64,000 nucleotides of DNA from Nitrosopumilus sp. (GTDB lineage Archaea > Thermoproteota > Nitrososphaeria > Nitrososphaerales > Nitrosopumilaceae): positions 448,001-512,000 of the forward strand of contig CBDBGZ010000009.1 of NCBI GenBank assembly GCA_965205425.1. Reading direction: 5' to 3'. Below the pieces are notes generated by a model. The model was not told the DNA's origin. It searched no databases and was given only the letters and a program-made list of their open reading frames with translations. Shown one piece after another: positions 19,350-30,360 of the stretch (position 1 is the first letter of the stretch; each line of letters opens with the position of its first letter). Made by a program: the position numbers and the translations under genes.

Positions 19350-20486
19350 TTATCGGTCTGCCTCCACTGGCCAATAGTTTAGACTCCAATAAACTGATGG
19401 CATATTACCAAGTTTTTCTCCTTTTAGGAGATTTGGTAAAGCAATCAAATTTCTAAAGGAAGGAACACTCAACTTTACTCTATAAGGCTCAACTTTACCA
19501 TCAGAAACAATATAGCAACCTAATGAACCTCTTCCTGATTCTACTCGCTTGTATACAGATTCTAATCCTTTAGTTTTTGGATTTGGTTTTAGTTTAACTC
19601 TGACAGACCCAGACTTTGGCATTTTTTGTAATGCTTGTCTAATGATGTTACAACTTTCTATCATGTCAAGCCATGGAATTCTAGATCTTGCATAAGAATC
19701 TCCTTCCTTCATTACATTGGTATGTACATCTAATTCATCATAGACATCATATGGTTCCTTTACTCTAAGATCATAATCAACACCGCTTGCACGAAGTACA
19801 GAACCTGTAGTTCCATATCTTATTGCATCCTGTCTTGATAGAACACCAGTATCCCGAGTTCTTGAGATTAGAATTGGGTTATCATAAAATACTGCGGCAT
19901 ATTCTTTGATACGTTTTTCAAAATAGTTAACTTGACGTAAACATACATCTTCAAAGTTTGGTGGTAAATCATTTCTAACTCCACCTGGAACAAAGTGTGC
20001 ATGTGTTACTCTTGCACCAGTCATTTTTTCCATTAAATCAATTAAGAGTTCACGATCACCGGCAGGCCACATGAACATAGTAGAGTGTCCCAAAAAGATT
20101 CCGTAAATTGCAAGCCAGTACATGATGTAAATACATCGATTTAGTTCGGATGCAATTACTCTAACATACTTTGCACGTTCTGGCACTTCAATTCCAAGTA
20201 GTTCTTCTGCTCCCAAAACATATGGGTATAGAACATTACATGAATCATGAATTACAGGTCTTTCTAAATGTGGAATATTTGTGATATAATTTCTATATTC
20301 AGCCATTTTTTCTTCTCCACGATGAACATATCCTGGATCAGGATCACATGCAACAATGTAATCACCATCAATTTGTACAATAATTCTCATATGTCCAGAG
20401 CCAGGATGTTGTGGTCCAACATTGAGAGTCATGATTCTCTCGTCAACTTTTTGGAGTGCTAGTCCAGGTGGTAAAGTAAATGTCAC
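19350..20486 (-). CDS. nuoD: NADH-quinone oxidoreductase subunit D
   Basis: NVGPQHP, GYVHRGEEK, GSVLRASGVDYDLR; start placed at GTG 20486. Confidence 0.95.
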   Translation of the reverse strand: MTFTLPPGLALQKVDERIMTLNVGPQHPGSGHMRIIVQIDGDYIVACDPDPGYVHRGEEKMAEYRNYITNIPHLERPVIHDSCNVLYPYVLGAEELLGIEVPERAKYVRVIASELNRCIYIMYWLAIYGIFLGHSTMFMWPAGDRELLIDLMEKMTGARVTHAHFVPGGVRNDLPPNFEDVCLRQVNYFEKRIKEYAAVFYDNPILISRTRDTGVLSRQDAIRYGTTGSVLRASGVDYDLRVKEPYDVYDELDVHTNVMKEGDSYARSRIPWLDMIESCNIIRQALQKMPKSGSVRVKLKPNPKTKGLESVYKRVESGRGSLGCYIVSDGKVEPYRVKLSVPSFRNLIALPNLLKGEKLGNMPSVYWSLNYWPVEADR

Positions 20487-20488
20487 AT

Positions 20489-21085
20489 CTATCTTCCCTT
20501 TATTGCAAAGTCCTTTCGAAGTGGTGGTAAGTCTGCCCAATCTTCAGGCAAAAGTAATCGTCGATTATCAGGATGGCCTTCAAAGTAAACTCCAAACATT
20601 TCAAAGACTTCTCTTTCATGAAATTCCACACTGTAAAAAATATCTCTAAGAGTTGGAAGTTTTGTTGCATCATTTCCAGGTATTGGATTTGTTTCCCTCT
20701 GAGCTCTGGTAGCCAAAACAAGGACTTGTCTTGCCAATGAAGATTCAGAATAAGATCCTATGTGATAAACAACTTCAATTTCATTATCTTGAGGGTAATC
20801 TACACCTGAAACAGACTCTACATGGTCATAATTTAGTCCATCACGAATGAATTCTGCAACTTCATGAACATTTTCTCTACCAACATTAATTCTAACTCTA
20901 TCTTCTTTTACAAAGCCAACTTCAATTTTATCACCAAACTTTTCAACAATTTTATCAGAAATATTTTTTTCAAATGCAGGTAACTCTACAGGTGCTGCTT
21001 CAGGTTTCTTTGGTGCAGGTTTTGGTGGAGGTGTTTTTACTTCAGGTTTAGCATCTGCAGGAGGATTTTCAGTTTCAGTACTCAT
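20489..21085 (-). CDS. nuoC: NADH-quinone oxidoreductase subunit C
   Basis: EREVFEMFGVYFEGHP, PLRKDF. Confidence 0.95.
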   Translation of the reverse strand: MSTETENPPADAKPEVKTPPPKPAPKKPEAAPVELPAFEKNISDKIVEKFGDKIEVGFVKEDRVRINVGRENVHEVAEFIRDGLNYDHVESVSGVDYPQDNEIEVVYHIGSYSESSLARQVLVLATRAQRETNPIPGNDATKLPTLRDIFYSVEFHEREVFEMFGVYFEGHPDNRRLLLPEDWADLPPLRKDFAIKGR

Positions 21086-21609
21086 TATACAAACTTCCTA
21101 GCCTTCATTCTCTTGATTTTTTCTTGCAATAACATACATCCTTGAATAAGAGTTTCAGGTCTAGGTGGACAACCTGGAACATAGACATCAACTGGAATTA
21201 CTCCATCAATTCCTGGAAGTACATTGTATGAATCAAAATACAGTCCTCCAGTAATTGCACAAGCTCCCATAGCAATTACATACTTTGGTTCTGGCATTTG
21301 ATCATAAACTAATCTGAGACGTGGAGCCATTTTTCTTGTAATAGTTCCTTGAACAACAACAAGATCACATTGTCTAAGTGAACCAAATGCTTCAATGATA
21401 CCAAATCTTTCAACATCATATCTAGGACTTGATGCTGCGCCAAATTCTACACTACAACAAGCTGTTTCAATGTGTACAGGCCAGAGTGACCAAATTCTAC
21501 CCCAATTAATGGCATAGCCCAATGGTTTATCAATTGCTTTTTCTAAAATGTCTCCTAACTTTCCTACAAAGACATTTGCATTTTCTGGTGTTACTAAATC
21601 TTTAAGCAA
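21085..21609 (-). CDS. nuoB: NADH-quinone oxidoreductase subunit B
   Basis: ACCSVE, MGACAITGG, VPGCPPRPE. Confidence 0.96.
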   Translation of the reverse strand: MLKDLVTPENANVFVGKLGDILEKAIDKPLGYAINWGRIWSLWPVHIETACCSVEFGAASSPRYDVERFGIIEAFGSLRQCDLVVVQGTITRKMAPRLRLVYDQMPEPKYVIAMGACAITGGLYFDSYNVLPGIDGVIPVDVYVPGCPPRPETLIQGCMLLQEKIKRMKARKFV

Positions 21610-21649
21610 TTTTATCTCCTATCCTCGTAGATATAATTTGTATAAATAA

Positions 21650-22024
21650 CTACCATATTCTTCTTCTCCCTGATTGATACAATGCAAATGCCATTGCACC
21701 AAACATTATAGCTAAAAAGCCCATCATTGGCAAAGTTGCTACTTTTGGAATTTCTAAAAGTACACTTCCCCATGCGTACAAGAAAATTGCCATTACATCA
21801 AATATTACAAACATCAGAATGTACGGATAATATTGCATCATGAAATGAGTTCTTCCTTCTCCAGTAGGGACTTGACCACATTCCATTGGCAAAAATTTTA
21901 CTGGATTACTTCTTTTTCTAGGGGAAATCATTCTTGAAATAACTAAAGCTGGAGCCATAGCTACTATGCCAAACGCAAACATCAATACAACGGTACTGTA
22001 ATTGCCCGCTAATTCCCCGACCAA
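21650..22024 (-). CDS. nuoA: NADH-quinone oxidoreductase subunit A
   Basis: PMECG, YYPYILMFVIFDV; first gene of the operon. Confidence 0.94.
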   Translation of the reverse strand: MVGELAGNYSTVVLMFAFGIVAMAPALVISRMISPRKRSNPVKFLPMECGQVPTGEGRTHFMMQYYPYILMFVIFDVMAIFLYAWGSVLLEIPKVATLPMMGFLAIMFGAMAFALYQSGRRRIW

Positions 22025-22137
22025 TTTAGCTTTTCACTCCAATTTTTGTATAAAAAGGTATGTTTCGTTTTGGGGATCAAATTCGGAAAAAAATATTTTT
22101 GTAAAGAACTTAATAGGATAATGTCAAAAAGCCGATC

Positions 22138-22602
22138 ATGTCATTAAATGTTGGAGATATTGCTCCTAACTTTGAACTTGCAGACACCGCATTAAAAATG
22201 CGGACTTTGGATGAATTTAAAGGCGGAAAAATAGTCGTATCATTCATCGTAGCAGCAAGTTCCCCAGTATGCGAAGTAGAACTTTGTACATTTAGAGATT
22301 CTTGGAAAGAAATTTCAGATATGGGTGCCAAAGTCATAGCAATTAGTAATGATGGTCCATTTGCAAACAAAGCATTTGCTGAAAAACACAACTTTAACTT
22401 TCCATTATTAGCAGACTATACCAGTAAAACAATTAGAGATTATGATGTTTTGATGCCACATTTACTTCACATCAAAGACTACAATGCAGCAAAACGATCT
22501 GTTTTCATAATAAATGAAGATGGAAAAATCGGTTACAAATGGGTTTCAGAAGATCCATTAAAAGAACCAAACTATGAAGAAATTAAAAATTTCTTAAAAT
22601 AA
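22138..22602 (+). CDS. peroxiredoxin (BCP/PrxQ-like)
   Basis: VGDIAPNFEL, SPVCEVELC, AKRSVFII. Confidence 0.88.
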   Translation: MSLNVGDIAPNFELADTALKMRTLDEFKGGKIVVSFIVAASSPVCEVELCTFRDSWKEISDMGAKVIAISNDGPFANKAFAEKHNFNFPLLADYTSKTIRDYDVLMPHLLHIKDYNAAKRSVFIINEDGKIGYKWVSEDPLKEPNYEEIKNFLK

Positions 22603-22610
22603 AAAATTAT

Positions 22611-24021
22611 GTAACTGTCTAGAGTTTTGAAGTAAAATCTCCAAGATATTCTAAAGAATAATCATGAAAGTTTAATCCTCGTAATCTGCATGTCTCCTTT
22701 ATACTCATCAGTATCTTATGAGAATCGGCACCATGAATGGTTCTATGACCGTTTGTAATTTTACGAATTATCACATTTGGTCTGATTGCCCTCTCTGCTG
22801 TGTTATTGTGTGAATCAGTTCCAGTAATTAGGAATGTAAAAAGCATTTTTCTCTCACGTTTCAATCTTTTTACAAACCTGATACAGTTTTTCTCTGTGTA
22901 TTTTTTTGATATGATGTGATTAATTCTCCTTTCAAGATTCTTTTTTGCATGGATTCTTTCTGATTCTGATTTTATTTTTGCCACACCATGAGAGTCATAA
23001 ATTATTTTCTTGAGATTCTTGGCAAATGGTGCAAATTCTGGTCCGGGATTCTTGTGATTAATGGTATCATTAACCTCTCTGAGATAATGGATGTGACATT
23101 TCTGGTGAGTTGTTCCAACATGGTTCCATGCAGGGTACGAATCACTTGTAATGTTGCCATTATACTCCTTGAGAATTCTCTTGGGAACATCCATTGAACG
23201 TGATTTGTCAATCTCGTAAATTACAGTCCATTTACTCACAAATGCCCACAACCAGTGGTTCTGGCCATCTATCCTCCAACTTGTCTCATCACCATGTATG
23301 TTTAGATCTTCTTTTAACTCTACAATCATTGTATCATATCTGCTCCCAAATGCTTTTGATACTATTGATACTGCATGATTAATTGCAGATTCTGTAATGT
23401 GCAGTGAGAAGAGCATCTGCAAAAGATGAGATATTTTACCATACGATAATCCGATAGTTTTTAGTGATGTGATTAGCACCATGAGCCTAATTCCAAACCT
23501 TTCATTTGACAGTACAGTGTGAATGTTACCCGAGATTTGTTTTTTGCAGTTTGTGCAGTATCGTCTAACTATCGTATATTTTGTCACAACTGCTTTTGCA
23601 GGAATGATGTCTTCTACTATTCTGGTGTATGAATCAGTTGGTTCTGAGAGTGATTTGCCACATGTGTTGCACTCTTTTTGGTCAACTGTAATGGCATCAT
23701 CAATGTGTGCCCGTCTGCTTCTGCTTTTTCTAGGATGTCTTGATGTTTTCTTCTTTTTTGCAGTTTCAGTCTGGTTTGGTTTTGCTTTGATATTTCTTGC
23801 AACAAGTGTAGACACTGTTTGTTTTAGTTCTGCAATTTCTCTGTGTAGTGATTCAATATCTTTGCGTAACTGACGGTTTTCTTGCTCCAACGAGTGACAT
23901 CTGTTACGATAATATTCCAGCTCATCATATACTGACAATTGTATATTGTAATTTGTCACTGATCAGAAAAGATATAGATAAAAAATATTAAAGAAAGTAC
24001 TTCAAAACTCTAGACAGTTAC
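22611..24021 (-). mobile_element. IS66-family element (single-ORF, ISBst12-like)
   Basis: 24-bp perfect IR GTAACTGTCTAGAGTTTTGAAGTA; 8-bp TSD AAAATTAT (22603-22610, 24022-24029). Confidence 0.93.
22619..23959 (-). CDS. IS66 transposase
   Basis: Coiled coil, CxxC..CxxC zinc finger, HGDETSW, TSDSY, QKCHIHYLR, NNTAERAIR. Confidence 0.93.
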   Translation of the reverse strand: MTNYNIQLSVYDELEYYRNRCHSLEQENRQLRKDIESLHREIAELKQTVSTLVARNIKAKPNQTETAKKKKTSRHPRKSRSRRAHIDDAITVDQKECNTCGKSLSEPTDSYTRIVEDIIPAKAVVTKYTIVRRYCTNCKKQISGNIHTVLSNERFGIRLMVLITSLKTIGLSYGKISHLLQMLFSLHITESAINHAVSIVSKAFGSRYDTMIVELKEDLNIHGDETSWRIDGQNHWLWAFVSKWTVIYEIDKSRSMDVPKRILKEYNGNITSDSYPAWNHVGTTHQKCHIHYLREVNDTINHKNPGPEFAPFAKNLKKIIYDSHGVAKIKSESERIHAKKNLERRINHIISKKYTEKNCIRFVKRLKRERKMLFTFLITGTDSHNNTAERAIRPNVIIRKITNGHRTIHGADSHKILMSIKETCRLRGLNFHDYSLEYLGDFTSKL

Positions 24022-24025
24022 AAAA

Positions 24026-24538
24026 TTATTCTATTTCTGCAACAACATCGCCTTTAGCAACAGTTGCTGTTTCTTTAATTTTGATTGTTTTTACAACTCC
24101 ATCTTTATGTGATTTAATAGCTACTTGCATTTTCATAGATTCTAAAGTACAAACAACATCTCCTTTTTTTACAGAATCACCTTCTGCAACAGAAATAGAT
24201 ACAACTTTCCCAGGAATCTGACTCTTCAAAGCAAGTTGTGCATTTCCTGCACCACCTCCACCTGAATTCTTGTAAACAACATCATCAAAGTGTGTATGTA
24301 GGTTTAGTGTAACTGGAACATTGTCAATAACAATACTCATTTCATTTGTTGATTGCTCAAGATATTTTGCTTTGTGATATTTGTTATCTAAAATAAATTC
24401 AATTCCTTTAGAACTCATTGATACAATTTTTAAAGTGTGTTCTTTGTCATCGATTTTAATTACATAATTATTGTTTCCAAGATTTTCCACTATCTTTCCA
24501 TCAAATGTTTTTTCTAAATCTTGTATTTTATAATCCAT
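24026..24538 (-). CDS. accB: acetyl/propionyl-CoA carboxylase, biotin carboxyl carrier protein
   Basis: ESMKM biotinylation motif. Confidence 0.92.
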   Translation of the reverse strand: MDYKIQDLEKTFDGKIVENLGNNNYVIKIDDKEHTLKIVSMSSKGIEFILDNKYHKAKYLEQSTNEMSIVIDNVPVTLNLHTHFDDVVYKNSGGGGAGNAQLALKSQIPGKVVSISVAEGDSVKKGDVVCTLESMKMQVAIKSHKDGVVKTIKIKETATVAKGDVVAEIE

Positions 24539-24544
24539 TTTTCA

Positions 24545-26032
24545 TCAATCCAATTTGTATTTCCAATTTGAGTTATTGGCAGTACTGTTTTGTGCTCTAC
24601 TCTTGAAGTATTCAGAATGAATAATTGTAGCAGCTAATGCGGCTTCGCTTTTATCTTCTTTTTCTTTTTGAAGATCTTCAGTTAATCTATCAATCATTCC
24701 ATAACGTTTTAGAAAGTCTGTTGAAAGGTCTCCATTCTTGTATTCATCAGAAGCTAGAATTGTTTTGTATAATGGGATTGAAGTTTCAACTCCTTGAATG
24801 TAAAAGTCATTTAGTGCTGCAAGCATTCTTGTTCTTGATTCTTCAAATGTTTGACCCCAAGTAACGAGTTTTGCCATAAGTGAATCATAAAATGGAGAAA
24901 CGGTACATCCAGGATAGAGATAGGTATCACATCTTACGCTAGGTCCTGCTGGAATGGTTACATCAGGAATAGGTCCTGTTGATGGAGCAAAGTCTAAGAA
25001 AGTATCTTCTGCATTAATTCTACATTCAATTGCATAGCCATTCATTTTCAGGTCACTTTGTTTGAATGGTATTGGTTCACCATTTGCAATATCTAATTGT
25101 AATTTGACCAAGTCTAATCCAGAAACAAATTCTGTAATTGGGTGCTCTACTTGTAATCGAGCATTAATTTCAATAAAGTAAAATTCTCCGTTATCTGCCC
25201 TCAAAAATTCTGCTGTTCCTATGTTGGTATAGCCTACTGCATCAGCAGCTCTACAAACAGATTCACCTACACGTGCTCGGGTTTCTTCGTCTACAACTGG
25301 TGAAGGGGTTTGTTCGATTAATTTTTGGTTACGTCTTTGAATTGAGCATTCTCTTTCAAAGATATGAACAGTGTTACCGTGGGTATCTCTAGCAAATTGA
25401 TATTCAATGTGACGTGTTTTTTCTAAGAATTTTTCTACCAGAATTGCAGATTTTCCTACTGCTGCAATTGATTCACCAGTAACTGAATCAAAACCTTCTC
25501 GTAATTCTTGATCATTAGTAACAATTCTAATTCCACGACCTCCACCACCATAAACTGATTTTAACATTACAGGGTAGCCAATATCATTTGCAATTTTTTC
25601 TGCATCAGCTGCATCCTTTACTAAACCAGGACTTCCAGGAACTGTTGGAACGTCTGCTTTAAGCATTGCATCTTTACATTTCATTTTATCTCCACAGAGA
25701 TTCATAGATTCTGCAGTAGGACCAATAAAGGTAATTTTATTTTTCTCACATAGATTTGCAAAGTCATCATTTTCAGAAAGGAAACCATAACCTGGATGTA
25801 CTGCATCAGTTCCTGATTTTTGCATCACCTCAAGAATTTTTTCTTGATTAAGATATGATTTTGCAGGAGCTGCTTCTCCAATATGATACGCTTCTGTGGC
25901 TTGTTTAACATGCATTGAATTATAATCTTCATCAGAATAAACTGCAACAGTCTTAATTCCCAATGCCTTGCAGGTTCTAATTACACGTAAGGCAATTTCT
26001 CCTCTATTTGCGATAAGTACTTTTTCAATCAT
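24545..26032 (-). CDS. accC: acetyl/propionyl-CoA carboxylase, biotin carboxylase subunit
   Basis: ANRGEIA, HPGYGFLSEN, GGGGRG, RLQVEHP. Confidence 0.96.
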   Translation of the reverse strand: MIEKVLIANRGEIALRVIRTCKALGIKTVAVYSDEDYNSMHVKQATEAYHIGEAAPAKSYLNQEKILEVMQKSGTDAVHPGYGFLSENDDFANLCEKNKITFIGPTAESMNLCGDKMKCKDAMLKADVPTVPGSPGLVKDAADAEKIANDIGYPVMLKSVYGGGGRGIRIVTNDQELREGFDSVTGESIAAVGKSAILVEKFLEKTRHIEYQFARDTHGNTVHIFERECSIQRRNQKLIEQTPSPVVDEETRARVGESVCRAADAVGYTNIGTAEFLRADNGEFYFIEINARLQVEHPITEFVSGLDLVKLQLDIANGEPIPFKQSDLKMNGYAIECRINAEDTFLDFAPSTGPIPDVTIPAGPSVRCDTYLYPGCTVSPFYDSLMAKLVTWGQTFEESRTRMLAALNDFYIQGVETSIPLYKTILASDEYKNGDLSTDFLKRYGMIDRLTEDLQKEKEDKSEAALAATIIHSEYFKSRAQNSTANNSNWKYKLD

Positions 26033-26038
26033 TTCAAA

Positions 26039-27586
26039 TCACAGGTTGATATTTCCATGTTTTCTTGGTAATTGTTTAACTCTTTTATTTTCGAGCATTT
26101 CAAGTGCTTTAATCAACATAGGTCTTGTTTCAGCAGGATCAATTACATTATCTACAGTTCCATGTGATGCTGCAACGTATGGATTTTCGAACTTTTCTGA
26201 AAACTCATCGATTAATTGTTTCTTTAATGCTTCAGCATCATCAGCTTCTTTGAGGTCTTTTCTATACATGATTTTTACAGCAGCTTCTCCGCCCAAAACT
26301 GCACATCGTGCTGTAGGCCATGCATAATTAATGTCAGTTCTGAGATTTTTACTTCCCATAGCAATGTATGCACCACCATACGCCTTTCCAATAACTAAAG
26401 TAATTCTTGGAACAGTTGCTTCACAGTATGCATAAAGTAACTTACTACCATGTCTAATGATACCATTGTGTTCTTGGTTAGAACCTGGCATGTATCCTGG
26501 AGTATCAACTAAAGTAATAATTGGAACATTAAATGAATCACAGAATCTAATGAAACGAGCTGCTTTGTTTGATGAATCAATGTCAAGTGCACCTGCAAGT
26601 ACAATAGGTTGATTTGCAACAATTCCAACAACCTTTCCATTCATTCTTCCAAAACCAACTACAATGTTTGTAGCAAACAATTCATGAACTTCAAAGAATT
26701 CATGATTATCAACAATTGAATTAATGATTTCTTTCATATCATATGGTTGTAAAGGATTTTCAGGAATGATATTGATCAAGTTGTGATCCATTCTGTTTGG
26801 ATCATCATCAGTTTCAATTTTTGGTGGTGCTTCAGTATTATTTTGAGGCAGATATGAAATTAGTTTTTTGATATAATCCATGCATTCGTATTCATTTTGT
26901 GCAACAAAATGGGCAACACCACTTTTTGAACCATGTGTCATTGCTCCACCTAGATCATCAAATGAAATTTCTTCTCCCAATACAGTCTTGACTACATCAG
27001 GGCCGGTAACAAACATAGTTCCCACTTTTTCCACCATAATTACAAAGTCGGTCATTGCTGGAGAGTATACAGAACCACCTGCAGATGGACCAATACTTGC
27101 AGTAATTTGTGGAATAACTCCAGATGCTAATTGATTATGATAAAAGATATCAGCAAATCCATCAAGACTCATGATTCCTTCTTGAATTCTAGCTCCACCA
27201 GAATCCATTACACCAATAATTGGACATCCTGTTTGAACAGCATGATCCATAAGTTTACAGATTTTTTTAGCTCCCATCTGACTTAGTGTTCCACCAAGTA
27301 CAGTGAAGTCATATGCAAAGACAAAGACTTGTCTTCCGTTAACATTTCCATAACCTCCAACTACACCGTCTGTAAAAAATTTCTTTTTCTGCATATCATA
27401 TTCATGATAATGATGAGTGGCTAATGGATCAATTTCAGTAAAAGTGCCTTCATCTAGTAAAAGATTGATTCGCTCACGAGCAGTTAATTTACCTTTGTCA
27501 TGTTGGGCCTTGATTCGATCTTGGCCTCCACCTTGTAATGATGTATTATTCTTTTTAGAGTATCCTTCAATCTTTTCAGAATGCAC
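26039..27586 (-). CDS. pccB: acetyl/propionyl-CoA carboxylase, carboxyltransferase subunit
   Basis: DSGGARIQEG, GKAYGGAY, RKHGNINL. Confidence 0.94.
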   Translation of the reverse strand: MHSEKIEGYSKKNNTSLQGGGQDRIKAQHDKGKLTARERINLLLDEGTFTEIDPLATHHYHEYDMQKKKFFTDGVVGGYGNVNGRQVFVFAYDFTVLGGTLSQMGAKKICKLMDHAVQTGCPIIGVMDSGGARIQEGIMSLDGFADIFYHNQLASGVIPQITASIGPSAGGSVYSPAMTDFVIMVEKVGTMFVTGPDVVKTVLGEEISFDDLGGAMTHGSKSGVAHFVAQNEYECMDYIKKLISYLPQNNTEAPPKIETDDDPNRMDHNLINIIPENPLQPYDMKEIINSIVDNHEFFEVHELFATNIVVGFGRMNGKVVGIVANQPIVLAGALDIDSSNKAARFIRFCDSFNVPIITLVDTPGYMPGSNQEHNGIIRHGSKLLYAYCEATVPRITLVIGKAYGGAYIAMGSKNLRTDINYAWPTARCAVLGGEAAVKIMYRKDLKEADDAEALKKQLIDEFSEKFENPYVAASHGTVDNVIDPAETRPMLIKALEMLENKRVKQLPRKHGNINL

Positions 27587-27687
27587 GGTATTCTAGAACA
27601 GAATGGTTTCATATATTAATTTAGTTTGAGAATATCGACATGTGAGATTTTTATAAAAATTCAACGATCGTTGTTTTTTTTAGGAAT

Positions 27688-27999
27688 TCAAGTGTTAAGA
27701 ATTGGAAATTTCTTGTTTACAGATTTTTGGTAAGAAGTAAAAGTGTCCTTTTCCTCACTACATTTCTTGCAGATACATAATTGAGAGACATTTGGAATAT
27801 CACAATTATCTTGAAACTCACATTGAGAACAGCCAGCAGGACCTCCACATACAATACATTGTAATTCATTTATTTGAGCACATTTTTCATGCTTTACACC
27901 TAATCCTTTTGCCCAAAGACCAATTTCATTAACAATGATTTTTTCATTACAAACAATACAAGTGCCCGGGAATTTCATTGGGATTTTTCTCCAACTCAT
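27688..27999 (-). CDS. hypothetical Cys-rich (zinc-binding) protein
   Basis: Multiple CxxC motifs; overlaps the rfcL stop by 4 nt. Confidence 0.75.
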   Translation of the reverse strand: MSWRKIPMKFPGTCIVCNEKIIVNEIGLWAKGLGVKHEKCAQINELQCIVCGGPAGCSQCEFQDNCDIPNVSQLCICKKCSEEKDTFTSYQKSVNKKFPILNT

Positions 28000-29165
28000 T
28001 TTATTAATTCAATCTCCTTTTCAATAATATCTCCAAAAGTTTCTTCTAATTCTAATTCAAGAGTTTTATTTTTAATACAAAATAAAACAAATGGTAAACA
28101 TATTGAAATAAAAGAACTAGAAGACAAATGTAATTTTCTTGCCATAACAGATGACAATGCCTTAATTTTTGCACCATCCCAACGAATTCTATTAAGCAAT
28201 GGCCATGATAAATTGTATTGAGTGTATCTAATGCGATCATCATTTTGATATAATTTAATTAAAATATCATTTAGATAACGAAGTAATCTCCAATTTTGAG
28301 TTTTCATGATTCTTCCAAAAAGCATGTCAGCTTCTGAAATTGTTTCTAAATATTTTGCAAGTGTAGAATTATCTAATTCACTTGTAATGATACTAGAATA
28401 AAATGCATTAATTTTTTCTCTAGGATCAATTTGCATAGAATAAAGAACAATTCTAGCTTCTTCGATTGAATTTGCTTTAAAGAAGGCATTAACCCCATCT
28501 TCAACATTGATATTTTCAAATGTTTTTTCAGTTTGAGGATTAAATCCAGTCACCAAAGACTGTGTTAGATTGATCATAGAGCGAATGTCTCCTTTTGATT
28601 TATCAATTACTTTGATTAATGCGCCAGGACTTAGCTTAGCACTTTGTTTTTGTAAAATATTTTCAAGATATACTCGCAATAATCGTGGTGGAATTTTTTT
28701 GAATTGAATTGTTTTGACTACTTTTTTGATACTTTTCATTTTATCAGAAGTATCACTATTTGCAGCAAGAACAATAGGAACTGTAGGCTCTTTTAGAATG
28801 TCTACAAGTGCTGACGCACCACCGTAATCTCCACGACCATGAATCCCATCAACTTCATCGACAAAAATCATAGGAGTGCCCATGACACTCACATTAGCTA
28901 AAACAGGCGTAAGAATTTCATTAATTCGGGATTTACTTCTAACATCACTAGCATTTAGTCCAATCATATCATATCCAAATTGTTTAGCAACAAGATATGC
29001 AATTGTAGTTTTCCCGATTCCAGGAGGGCCAACCAAAAGTAATGGCTTTGTACCTTTTTTCCATTTCACAAACCATTCTGTAATTGCCGCTCGTGCTTCT
29101 TCATTTCCCACCATGTCAGAAATTATCTGAGGTCGGTATTTTTCAGACCACATCAATGTAATCAC
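27996..29165 (-). CDS. rfcL: replication factor C large subunit
   Basis: WSEKYRP, GPPGIGKT, LNASDVR, DEVDG. Confidence 0.88.
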   Translation of the reverse strand: MITLMWSEKYRPQIISDMVGNEEARAAITEWFVKWKKGTKPLLLVGPPGIGKTTIAYLVAKQFGYDMIGLNASDVRSKSRINEILTPVLANVSVMGTPMIFVDEVDGIHGRGDYGGASALVDILKEPTVPIVLAANSDTSDKMKSIKKVVKTIQFKKIPPRLLRVYLENILQKQSAKLSPGALIKVIDKSKGDIRSMINLTQSLVTGFNPQTEKTFENINVEDGVNAFFKANSIEEARIVLYSMQIDPREKINAFYSSIITSELDNSTLAKYLETISEADMLFGRIMKTQNWRLLRYLNDILIKLYQNDDRIRYTQYNLSWPLLNRIRWDGAKIKALSSVMARKLHLSSSSFISICLPFVLFCIKNKTLELELEETFGDIIEKEIELIK

Positions 29166-30277
29166 TTGGGAAGTTTAGAATGATATTCTGACCATTTATT
29201 GGTTTTTTGTAATTTATTGTACCAGTATTGATTGTAATGCTCTACAGTCAAAAATAGAAATTCCAAAAATTCTTTGTGAGAAAAATTATCAGGTAGTAAT
29301 TCAAGTGTAAGTCTTGCATCTTGCAAATACAAATTACTTTTTTCTAAAGTCACATCAAATCCTTTTTTCACATCATCTGCCAATAATGAATAATACAGTG
29401 GCCAAGAAGGTATCTTTACGAATCTATTTTTAATAGAGTCTTCAATTTCATTTCCACATCCAACACCTTCAGCAGCTCTAGCCATACCCAAGTAGAAAAT
29501 TTCTCCTAACGGCCTTTCTGCTAAAGCCATGTTTCTTCCAGCAGTCCCCATAACAGCACGATATTTTTTGTAAGATAGAGTCATTTCTTCTTCAGTGATT
29601 TCAGTAGGTTTTGATTTTAATTTTTCATCCAAGTATTGTCCAATTCTTGCATCTTCAAATCCTGCTTCAAATTCTTTTAGAACTTGTTCACCACCTTTCG
29701 AAATTTTATCTCTAGCCAATTTCAAAATATATGGATTCATTAATTTGTAATCATCTAGAAATTCTAAATCTTCATCTTTATCTACAATTCTGTCCATAGG
29801 TTCACTTAGATCAATTGCAAGAATATGTCCTTCAACCATATCTTGTTTTAGTTGTAGATCATTTCTTCCAGAATATTCTGCAGCTGCATCAAATAATCCG
29901 TTAAAAACAGGGAAAGTCATTTTGACAAAATTTGAATTCAAAATTCTATTTACTCTATCTTGCATTACCTCAAGACTGTCTAATTTTGATTTTATAGGCT
30001 CAATTTCAGATGCATTTAGTATAATTTCCGTGGAACCTACTTCATTTCCAAAAGCTTGTTGTGTAGCATTTGGATTTGTATCAGATTGTATTTCATCTAG
30101 TAAACCTTTAGCAAATCTTTCTGCAAAATTTGGAAATTGATTTTCAGTTTCGTCTTTGTATTTGTTAAATAATTTGTAACCTTTTGATTTGAACAATGCT
30201 TGTTTAATGATCTGTTTTCCAGGTTTTGTGCTCATCAAAGCTTCTTTACTAATTACAGATTGATCTTTGCCACTCAC
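29162..30277 (-). CDS. hypothetical protein
   Basis: 371-aa ORF translationally coupled to rfcL; no motif recognised. Confidence 0.8.
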   Translation of the reverse strand: MSGKDQSVISKEALMSTKPGKQIIKQALFKSKGYKLFNKYKDETENQFPNFAERFAKGLLDEIQSDTNPNATQQAFGNEVGSTEIILNASEIEPIKSKLDSLEVMQDRVNRILNSNFVKMTFPVFNGLFDAAAEYSGRNDLQLKQDMVEGHILAIDLSEPMDRIVDKDEDLEFLDDYKLMNPYILKLARDKISKGGEQVLKEFEAGFEDARIGQYLDEKLKSKPTEITEEEMTLSYKKYRAVMGTAGRNMALAERPLGEIFYLGMARAAEGVGCGNEIEDSIKNRFVKIPSWPLYYSLLADDVKKGFDVTLEKSNLYLQDARLTLELLPDNFSHKEFLEFLFLTVEHYNQYWYNKLQKTNKWSEYHSKLPK

Positions 30278-30360
30278 AAACGTTAAACTTCTTTATTGTT
30301 ATTTATGCTTTCAAATTTAATATTTTCTTCACTTAAATTACGATCGACTGGTTTGACAAC

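Noticed and set aside
11628..22024. Complex I lacking nuoEFG and with M before L
   Set aside because: Established arrangement in ammonia-oxidising archaea; not novel.
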